Below, piece after piece: positions 28,736 through 35,472 of a DNA stretch of 39,764 bases (positions within the stretch are counted from its first letter, which is position 1; every line of letters begins with the position of its first letter). Location of the stretch: IMG/VR virus record IMGVR_UViG_3300046786_000349, positions 1 to 39,764 of that record; one strand, written 5' to 3'. Below the pieces are notes generated by a model. The model ran no database searches and was not told the origin of the DNA. It worked only from the letters and a program-made list of their open reading frames with translations. Both the position numbers and the translations under genes were made by a program. Origin of the DNA: a virus (taxonomy: Duplodnaviria > Caudoviricetes).

Positions 28736-28780
28736 GTTGCAGGTATCCAGGTTGCAGGTATCCAGGTTGCAGGTATCCAG
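28736..28780. repeat. 15-bp tandem repeat, three copies
   Basis: GTTGCAGGTATCCAG x3, no spacers. Confidence 0.95.
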
Positions 28781-28939
28781 GTATCGCGGGCCGTATGGAT
28801 CGCCCGCAGGGATCAGAATTAGGCGTAGCATGTCAAGCTGCACGCGGGCATTTAGCCTATAGGGCCGCAAATTGTCGGTATACATGCAGCGAGTAAATCA
28901 CGCGGCATTTCTGTTAACAACCTTATTTTTTCCGTGCGC

Positions 28940-28969
28940 TTGACATAATCGAATACATGCATGTATAAC
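28940..28969 (+). promoter_or_regulatory. Strong sigma70-type promoter P1
   Basis: TTGACA-18-TATAAC with upstream T-tract. Confidence 0.8.
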
Positions 28970-29013
28970 CATGCATCAATACCGCCACGGTATGAAATGG
29001 GGAAATTAGGAAA

Positions 29014-29781
29014 ATGAAAACTTTAACCACTGTTAACGCTGCGGGCCTGCTAGAAATGCAGCCACGCGATCGCGCTAGTATCTCGGATTTGGTCGCGGCC
29101 GTGGAAAAATCCGATAATGAAAAAACAGGGCCAGTATCGGCTACATGGGTTGCACAAATTAGCTGCCCGTTATCATGCCCGCACATGGGCGCGGGTTGCT
29201 ATGCCGAAAGTGGTATGGCCGCATTTACCACGAATAGACTTAATAGGGCCGCCGCAGACTACGCGACATTATCGCCCGCGGCCGTTGCAATGATTGAAGC
29301 TGCAGGGATCGACAAATTGACGGGTAAACGTGATTTAAGGCTGCATGTTGTGGGAGACGCGCGGACCGATAAATCAGCGCAAATTCTGGCCGCTGCTGCC
29401 GATCGTTATATTGCACGCGGTGCAGCCAAGGGTAAAAACGTACGTGTCTGGACATACACGCACGCCCGCGATACCAAGCGCGCATCATGGGGGCGTATCT
29501 CGGTTTTGCGATCATGCGAAACATTGACGCAGGTACGCGCCGCGCATGCTGCCGGGTATGCTGCTGCTATCGTGGTACCGGAACATGTACACGATCGCGC
29601 GTATAAGCTTGACGGCGAATATACCGGGATCCCATGCCCGGAACAAACCGGGCGGGCCGCCAATTGTCAAGCTTGCGGCCTATGCATGCGCGATCAAATG
29701 CTGCATGAAAATAAGCGAGTAATTATATTCGCGGCCCATGGGCAGGGTAAACGGAAAATGACACACTTAAAAACGGTGTAG
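29014..29781 (+). CDS. GP88-like Cys-rich protein (possible Fe-S / radical-SAM-like)
   Basis: NEKTG, CPLSCPHMGAGCYA, LRLHVVGD, WTYTH, CPEQ...CQACGLC. Confidence 0.6.
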   Translation: MKTLTTVNAAGLLEMQPRDRASISDLVAAVEKSDNEKTGPVSATWVAQISCPLSCPHMGAGCYAESGMAAFTTNRLNRAAADYATLSPAAVAMIEAAGIDKLTGKRDLRLHVVGDARTDKSAQILAAAADRYIARGAAKGKNVRVWTYTHARDTKRASWGRISVLRSCETLTQVRAAHAAGYAAAIVVPEHVHDRAYKLDGEYTGIPCPEQTGRAANCQACGLCMRDQMLHENKRVIIFAAHGQGKRKMTHLKTV

Positions 29782-29811
29782 CTATACCGGGGAAAATATA
29801 CACGCGTGATA

Positions 29812-29841
29812 TTGACATAACAGAATACGCGCGTGTATAGT
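29812..29841 (+). promoter_or_regulatory. Strong sigma70-type promoter P2
   Basis: TTGACA-18-TATAGT; spacer resembles P1. Confidence 0.8.
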
Positions 29842-29869
29842 TATACATCAAACGTTAGGGGATACGGAA

Positions 29870-29968
29870 ATGCTAATTGGACTTTGGATCGCTGCCGGGA
29901 TAGGCGCGGGCGTATTGATTTGGGGATTGTACGAAATTATCGTTAACGATGCTGTTATCGCAGGTTAA
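29870..29968 (+). CDS. 32-aa single-TM peptide
   Basis: TTAGGGG RBS; MLIGLWIAAGIGAGVLIWGLYEIIVNDAVIAG; below the ORF-track cutoff. Confidence 0.6.
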   Translation: MLIGLWIAAGIGAGVLIWGLYEIIVNDAVIAG

Positions 29969-29984
29969 GGGAGAAAACGGGGAA

Positions 29985-30164
29985 ATGGTTAATTACACGT
30001 TATCGGTATTTTGCGTGCTAAATGTTTTAGCATTTGCACATAATTTGTTTTACTACCGGCCGTTAAGAGCTGCAGCATATGCCAATGTATGGGCCGCTGC
30101 TATCACCGCCGCATTTATCGCATGCATGGTAATTCGTGCAGCGATCAATACTTTGTACCGCTAG
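29985..30164 (+). CDS. 59-aa hydrophobic protein
   Basis: Purine-rich leader before ATG 29985; two hydrophobic stretches. Confidence 0.55.
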   Translation: MVNYTLSVFCVLNVLAFAHNLFYYRPLRAAAYANVWAAAITAAFIACMVIRAAINTLYR

Positions 30165-30188
30165 AATATCACCGGGGAAATTAGGAAA

Positions 30189-30431
30189 ATGGAAAAAATA
30201 CACGTTACGCTACATCTAAAAAATGACTCGTTGCTGCAGCCCGCAAAATGCGCCTATGTCGACAATTGGGCCGATATTGATCGCCTAAAGTCTGGATTAA
30301 TTGACGCAGCTATAACAGGCCTAATTACAAATGACTTTATAACTGGCGCAACGATCACGGCTACACTAGCCGCGACATTTGACGTACGGAAATTTCGGTA
30401 TGACGGGATCAAATGGATTAAGGTGTATTAA
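30189..30431 (+). CDS. Hypothetical early protein
   Basis: Leader GGGGAAATTAGGAAAATG identical to that of 29014. Confidence 0.7.
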   Translation: MEKIHVTLHLKNDSLLQPAKCAYVDNWADIDRLKSGLIDAAITGLITNDFITGATITATLAATFDVRKFRYDGIKWIKVY

Positions 30432-30432
30432 T

Positions 30433-30543
30433 ATGGTGATTCTACTTTGTGCTATCGTTGCAGCTATCGCGGTATTTGCCGCGGTAGCATTCTATGAATT
30501 TTGGGCTGCATTGGATCGCGCGGAAAAATACCACGCGGACTAG
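30433..30543 (+). CDS. 36-aa single-TM peptide
   Basis: AAGGTG RBS; MVILLCAIVAAIAVFAAVAFYEFWAALDRAEKYHAD. Confidence 0.6.
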   Translation: MVILLCAIVAAIAVFAAVAFYEFWAALDRAEKYHAD

Positions 30544-30565
30544 CACGCGATCGAATAGAACTCTA

Positions 30566-30593
30566 ACCCGGGTATCACAACCCGGGTATTTTT
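30566..30593 (+). terminator. Intrinsic terminator of early cassette
   Basis: ACCCGGGT-6-ACCCGGGT (self-complementary arms) followed by ATTTTT. Confidence 0.7.
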
Positions 30594-31398
30594 ATGCCTG
30601 AGATACTCTAACAGCATGCAACATGCCCGCATGCTACGGCCCGCCACAATGCCTATACACGGCCCTAATTACGTATAACGGGCCATTATTCGCCCGCAGG
30701 TATAACAGCCTTAATTCAGACATAACGCGTACCACCTGCAGCTACACTACCGGGATAGCATGCCGGCGATCCAATGGATCCATAATTACTACATGTGGCC
30801 CTATTCTCAGGTAAACAGTCAAGCTTGACATTTACCGCGGCCTATTATCTCAGGTATGCGATCCAACCGATACACGGCCTTGCAGCTTGACATAATGCCC
30901 GCGTGTATCTTATTCCCTGCATGCAGCTACACGGCCCTAAAACGCCTAAATACGGCCGTTATGCATACATCCGAGTATTCGCCCGTGCACGCCTAAAATA
31001 CAGCTACATGCGTCAATTACTACCGTCAATGCGTAACCATCATAAATCGTTAAATTTGGATACTACAGGCCGTTATACGTAACCAAGATAACGTAATAAT
31101 TCCGCTCTTATGTCTGTCGATCGCTGCAGCTACTCGGCAATATTGGCATGAATTAAGGCCGGAATTAGGCAAATACCACCTGCCCGCTCTCTCGCATTCT
31201 AAATCCAACAGTCACAAGGAGAGGACTCTGACAAAAACGAAACCAATCGATTGCAATAGGTAACCAACAATTTTTCTCACTTTCGCATCCTTACCTTTTG
31301 TCACAACCTCTACAGCGTATGATAAAAATACTTATGTTTATTGGAGTTATTTTCATTTTGTCATCTTGCGTAGCTTTCTGAGTCCCTTATATATTTAA

Positions 31399-31463
31399 AT
31401 ATATCTAGAACAAGTAAGAGTTTGAAATTGCTTCTTCTGAAATCTTACTTGTTCTAGATATAT
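31399..31463. repeat. Perfect 21-bp inverted repeat with 23-nt spacer
   Basis: ATATATCTAGAACAAGTAAGA ... TCTTACTTGTTCTAGATATAT in AT-rich noncoding DNA. Confidence 0.95.
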
Positions 31464-31516
31464 AGTCTAATTTATGTAAGGTTTGGTTGACGTTATTGAG
31501 TCAATGGGGAATATGT

Positions 31517-32827
31517 ATGTATAGGTTATTGTTAGGGGATTGTTTGGTTAGTATGGGTTTGTTGGAGGATAGTAGTGTAGATAGTGTTGTGTGTGATCCT
31601 CCGTATGGTTTGAGTTTCATGGGTAAGAAGTGGGACTATGATGTTCCTTCTGTTGATATATGGAGAGAGTGTTACCGGGTATTGAAGCCTGGTGGTTATT
31701 TGTTAGCTTTCGCTGGTACTCGGACTCAGCATCGCATGGCTGTGAATATCGAGGATGCTGGTTTTGAGATCCGGGACATGATCGCTTGGGTGTATGGGAG
31801 TAGTTTTCCTAAGTCCCATAATGTGTCTGTCTCGATTGATAAGTTACATGGTCATGGGAATCGGGGTAAGGCTATCCCTACTGCCAGTAGTTACCAGGCG
31901 TCTGATGTAGAGCAGGAGAATAAGCTTACTAGTAATCCTGTCCCGCCATATGAGGCTAAGTCAGATGATGCCAAGAAGTGGGAAGGCTGGGGTACAGCTT
32001 TGAAACCTTCGCTGGAGCCAATCACAGTAGCACGTAAACCACTAGTAGGTACTGTAGCCAATAATGTATTGGAGTACGGTACAGGTGGCATGAACATAGA
32101 TGCTTGCCGTGTACCTATGGATGCCGCTGATTACGAGTATTTATCTAAACAAGTAGATGCTATCCGTGATCGCGGTGGCACTATGGACAATAGTTGGTCT
32201 AACTGCTCCGACCTGTCTGGTGCTAACCCTGCTAACCCACTAGGTAGATGGCCAGCTAACTTCATCCATGATGGATCTCAAGAGGTACTCGACCTATTCC
32301 CTGATACACAACCTAGTAGATCTGGCGGGATGAGTTACAACAAAGATACTCAACACCTAAATGGTAAACAGCCTCATGCTCGTACCGGGCACGATGATTT
32401 AGGTGGATCCGCTGCACGCTATTTTTATTGTTCCAAGGCTAACAAGGCCGATCGCAATGAAGGCCTAGATGACTTTGAGGAAGACTACAATCGAGGTACT
32501 GGGACACATAACAACGGTAAGTCCAATACGCGTGTAGGTAATGCAGCCGAGCGTGCCGCTGGTATCACTCATGTAGAGTTGCAGAAAGTAAAGAATATTC
32601 ACCCTACGGTAAAACCTACCGACCTTATGCGTTACTTATGTCGTCTTGTAACACAGCCTGGGGGCACAGTACTGGATCCTTTCATGGGTTCCGGTACTAC
32701 TGGTAAAGCAGCTATGCTCGATGGCTTTGACTTTATTGGCTGCGAGATGGATGAGCAGTACTACAAGATCGCGGAAGCAAGAATAAAACACGCTTTGGAG
32801 AGTAACCATTTTCGTGATGTTACGTAA
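31517..32827 (+). CDS. DNA N6-adenine/N4-cytosine methyltransferase, beta class
   Basis: DPPY near N-terminus; HPTVKP and VLDPFMGSGTTG near C-terminus; GGGG RBS before ATG 31517. Confidence 0.93.
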   Translation: MYRLLLGDCLVSMGLLEDSSVDSVVCDPPYGLSFMGKKWDYDVPSVDIWRECYRVLKPGGYLLAFAGTRTQHRMAVNIEDAGFEIRDMIAWVYGSSFPKSHNVSVSIDKLHGHGNRGKAIPTASSYQASDVEQENKLTSNPVPPYEAKSDDAKKWEGWGTALKPSLEPITVARKPLVGTVANNVLEYGTGGMNIDACRVPMDAADYEYLSKQVDAIRDRGGTMDNSWSNCSDLSGANPANPLGRWPANFIHDGSQEVLDLFPDTQPSRSGGMSYNKDTQHLNGKQPHARTGHDDLGGSAARYFYCSKANKADRNEGLDDFEEDYNRGTGTHNNGKSNTRVGNAAERAAGITHVELQKVKNIHPTVKPTDLMRYLCRLVTQPGGTVLDPFMGSGTTGKAAMLDGFDFIGCEMDEQYYKIAEARIKHALESNHFRDVT

Positions 32828-32957
32828 ATGGTAGAGTCCTGACAACGAACCCGACAAGCCTCTCTTAGATGCTCAACCAGTCGGGTCTCTTTATGAGTGG
32901 TTAGTTCCAAAATGGAAACACCCACTTGAACTTGTAAGAAATCCTTACAAGTTGAAC

Positions 32958-32991
32958 AAAAAGACCACCCGGCAAAAGGTGGTCTTTCTTT
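32958..32991. terminator. Bidirectional intrinsic terminator
   Basis: AAAGACCACC-8-GGTGGTCTTT with A- and T-tracts, between convergent units. Confidence 0.8.
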
Positions 32992-33060
32992 GTTAGCAGA
33001 GTATGTATTTACGGCAGCCCGAGTTTACTGGTCTTTCCATAAAGCTCACCTCTCGGTGGC
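32958..33060 (-). ncRNA. Candidate small RNA unit 1
   Basis: TATACT, 6 nt, GCCACC-GAGA-GGUGAG, second stem, terminator; also contains a 15-codon ORF (MERPVNSGCRKYILC). Confidence 0.45.
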
Positions 33061-33086
33061 AAGAAAAGTATACAACATAGATAAAC

Positions 33087-33184
33087 AAAAGCCACCCGCC
33101 GGTCTTATTAGGACACTGTATATAGGGTGGCTCTTGTCTTTACCAGGTAGTTGTTGTTCTCGGTAATACTCACCTTTCGGTGGC
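33087..33184 (-). ncRNA. Candidate small RNA unit 2
   Basis: TGnTACACT, 6 nt, GCCACC-GAAA-GGUGAG, UUACC/GGUAA stem, AGCCACCC/GGGUGGCU stem plus U-tract. Confidence 0.45.
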
Positions 33185-33215
33185 GTCTAAAGTGTACCAG
33201 TTATAAAGGATCTCT

Positions 33216-33461
33216 TTACAACTCGATCTCGTCTTTTTCTTCTAGATCAAGGTATCTAGAGAACGTGCCTGGTAACGGAAATGGCTTACTCAGCATTGCT
33301 TCAAAAGCACTTTCACCAACAGCGTCTTTGATTTCATCAATCGTAGTCTTCATGCTGCTGATTTCGTCCGATGCTCTGCGTACGCTATCGGCAATGCCTC
33401 GAAGCTCATATAGAATCACCCAAAGCATAAAACCAGCAGCCCCTAGTGCGATTGAGTTCAT
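33216..33461 (-). CDS. Small TM plus coiled-coil protein
   Basis: Hydrophobic N-terminus; AAGGT RBS. Confidence 0.6.
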   Translation of the reverse strand: MNSIALGAAGFMLWVILYELRGIADSVRRASDEISSMKTTIDEIKDAVGESAFEAMLSKPFPLPGTFSRYLDLEEKDEIEL

Positions 33462-33502
33462 AAGATTACCTTTGAAGTGTTTCCATTTTGGAAAGAGTTG
33501 AA

Positions 33503-33579
33503 TGGGCCGGCCTGGACTTGAACCTTCATCTTCATCTTGTCTGTTCTAAGATGCTGTTTTACCGTTAAACTAACAGCCC
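33503..33579 (-). tRNA. Aberrant tRNA-like element (anticodon undetermined)
   Basis: Acceptor GGGCTGT/CCGGCCC, D arm GTTT-AACGGTA-AAAC, GGTTCAAGTCC T loop; enlarged anticodon loop and mismatched T stem. Confidence 0.6.
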
Positions 33580-33671
33580 ATATAAGGAGTGCCGGAGTCA
33601 GCTATCAATTACCGATTCAAAGTTATTAAACTGACTCCAACATCATGTCGTGAGTTGCGCAGCACGACGGA

Positions 33672-33905
33672 TTATTCTATATCATTTTCTTTGTTATGGC
33701 TAACTTCTATGCTGACGTTTGGTACATTTTCCATTATGTATGCAATGCGAGTTGCTCGGATGCTGTCGTTGTCTAATGCGTACGGATCAAGACCTCGATT
33801 GCGTAGCCATTTCATGAACCTGCGAGTCTTTATGATGTCGGCAATCAATGTGCCTACGTAGCACATGCCTACTCCTATGAGTATGCCGGTGATTATACTA
33901 ATCAT
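33672..33905 (-). CDS. Small membrane-anchored protein
   Basis: N-terminal TM segment; ATGA overlap with upstream gene. Confidence 0.6.
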   Translation of the reverse strand: MISIITGILIGVGMCYVGTLIADIIKTRRFMKWLRNRGLDPYALDNDSIRATRIAYIMENVPNVSIEVSHNKENDIE

Positions 33906-34090
33906 AAATATACTTCCCAGTCATCGTGGAGTAAGTCTGATATAGCCATTGTGTATTGAGGTTTACTTGCTGTATCGCGCAGCATAACTATGTCATTGTC
34001 CTTGACTACAGCATAGACATCCTGGAGCCAAGTAACGCGTCGCATGAGTAATCCACGCTTCATCATTATCAAAGCTTCGGATCCTGTCAT
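33902..34090 (-). CDS. Tad2/DUF2829-like protein
   Basis: MTGSEALIMMKRGLLMRRVTW ... SDLLHDDWEV. Confidence 0.65.
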   Translation of the reverse strand: MTGSEALIMMKRGLLMRRVTWLQDVYAVVKDNDIVMLRDTASKPQYTMAISDLLHDDWEVYL

Positions 34091-34326
34091 CTATCTACCT
34101 TTATCGTGATGCTACAAGTATGGTCATCCCATTCGCATATTTGCCAGTCATCGGCAAATAAGTCTTTTGCGTGTAAATCCAATGCGGATGACATCCATTG
34201 ATTGTTCGCGCTATACGAAATCACAAAAACGTTTTCGGGCTCATCGTAATAAAGATACTTTTTCCAAGACTCTCTACTGACTGGCTCCCCTTCCATCAGT
34301 GCATCGAGTACATCGCCAAATTTCAT
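34087..34326 (-). CDS. Tad2/DUF2829-like protein
   Basis: MKFGDVLDALMEGEPVSRESW ... KDLFADDWQI; start at 34326 via TGATG overlap. Confidence 0.7.
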   Translation of the reverse strand: MKFGDVLDALMEGEPVSRESWKKYLYYDEPENVFVISYSANNQWMSSALDLHAKDLFADDWQICEWDDHTCSITIKVDR

Positions 34327-34595
34327 CAATCGGCCTTCCTTTCCTTGATAATCGCTGCGATTGCTTCTGTGCTCCATGGAACAGTTGTGTCTGGATGTGG
34401 GACACCTTCAGTGTATAGCTGCTCTCCAATGCGTCGCATACTGATGCCAGACTTGTACATATCCATTATCCGGAGCTGTACTTCCATGCAAACCTGATCT
34501 GTCACTTTAGGTTTACGAGGTTTATTGGTAGGTGTACGCGTAGCAGTCTTGATCGCTGATATCGACCGTGCGTTTATCATCAATCTCTCCACCAT
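34326..34595 (-). CDS. Small DNA-binding protein with recombinase-like HTH
   Basis: GISMRRIGEQLYTEGVP......WSTEAIAAII; no catalytic domain. Confidence 0.55.
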   Translation of the reverse strand: MVERLMINARSISAIKTATRTPTNKPRKPKVTDQVCMEVQLRIMDMYKSGISMRRIGEQLYTEGVPHPDTTVPWSTEAIAAIIKERKAD

Positions 34596-34951
34596 GACCC
34601 ATCTAACTTTGCTTCGTACTGATGTTCAGCGTCCTGTCGAAACGATGAGTTGACTTCATCGTCAAGATGCTGTGCAAGCCATGAAGCAAAGTCTTCGTTG
34701 CTGTACTCTTCACCGTCTTCAATCAAGGTGAGTCCAATCTTGCACACTTCGTGCAAGTGTTCACATCCTTCAATGGAACCGTTAAACGCTGCGTCACGTC
34801 CGTGTTTGTTTATGAAGTCCAGCACGTCCTTGGATACCTTTTCAATGTCCAGTAATTCGTAGCGCACCATCAACACTGTGTCGTTTTCCCACTCAACTTC
34901 GTTTACCCAGTCTTTAGGTAAACCTATCAATGATTCAATATCTACATCCAT
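34580..34951 (-). CDS. Acidic hypothetical protein
   Basis: Likely start MDVDIE at 34951 with GGAG RBS; very D/E-rich. Confidence 0.6.
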   Translation of the reverse strand: MDVDIESLIGLPKDWVNEVEWENDTVLMVRYELLDIEKVSKDVLDFINKHGRDAAFNGSIEGCEHLHEVCKIGLTLIEDGEEYSNEDFASWLAQHLDDEVNSSFRQDAEHQYEAKLDGSWWRD

Positions 34952-35166
34952 CGAATAATCTCCCAATCGTCCCGTAGCACATATGTTTCGTTGTTGAATA
35001 AGTCTGCCACATCTGGACACCAAACATGCCTGTTGCCGTCTGGACGCATCATTACAAGGTAGTTGCCGCCAATGTCTGATAAACGCACATGCATTTCAGC
35101 AGGCCATGCCCTACGACGTATAGCTAGTCCTTCTAGTAGCCGTGGATACGCTTGACCGAATGTCAT
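34942..35166 (-). CDS. Tad2/DUF2829-like protein
   Basis: MTFGQAYPRLLEGLAIRRRAW ... WCPDVADLF.......DDWEII. Confidence 0.7.
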   Translation of the reverse strand: MTFGQAYPRLLEGLAIRRRAWPAEMHVRLSDIGGNYLVMMRPDGNRHVWCPDVADLFNNETYVLRDDWEIIRWM

Positions 35167-35387
35167 TCACATGTCACCCAGTCCAGAGCCATGAGATCCG
35201 CTGATGACAATGTTGTAATGCCAGCAAATACTCTGTTAGATGCTCCATCAAAACGGTATGTACACATCCGTCCATCAACAAGTTGAATAAACCAACGCGC
35301 TTCAAAGCGCATAACCTTCCCACCAGCAAGGATTTCTTTATGTGCCCACAGATAGTCCCTGCGAACACGAGGTGTCTTCTCTATCAT
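35163..35387 (-). CDS. Tad2/DUF2829-like protein
   Basis: WAHKEILAGGKVMR ... LSSADLMALDWV; TTAGGGG RBS. Confidence 0.6.
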   Translation of the reverse strand: MIEKTPRVRRDYLWAHKEILAGGKVMRFEARWFIQLVDGRMCTYRFDGASNRVFAGITTLSSADLMALDWVTCE

Positions 35388-35472
35388 TCTGCCCCTAACT
35401 GCCGTGATAGCATCAAAATGCGTTACACTATTCTATAACACGTTGCAGTTGTATAGCAAGGAGAATGTTTTT

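Noticed and set aside
28736-28780. CRISPR array
   Set aside because: Head-to-tail 15-bp repeats without spacers; no cas genes.
27933-28885. Long overlapping ORFs on both strands
   Set aside because: R/C/A-rich translations of low-complexity DNA with no RBS or motifs.
28715-29075. HIP1 (GCGATCGC) as evidence of a cyanobacterial host
   Set aside because: Only two copies noticed, both within the biased island; no genome-wide enrichment seen.
30886-30910. Third early promoter
   Set aside because: TTGACA is present but the -10-like TATCTT is only 13 nt away and no gene follows.
34326-34595. Serine integrase
   Set aside because: Only an 89-aa DNA-binding-like fragment; no catalytic domain, so lifestyle is undetermined.
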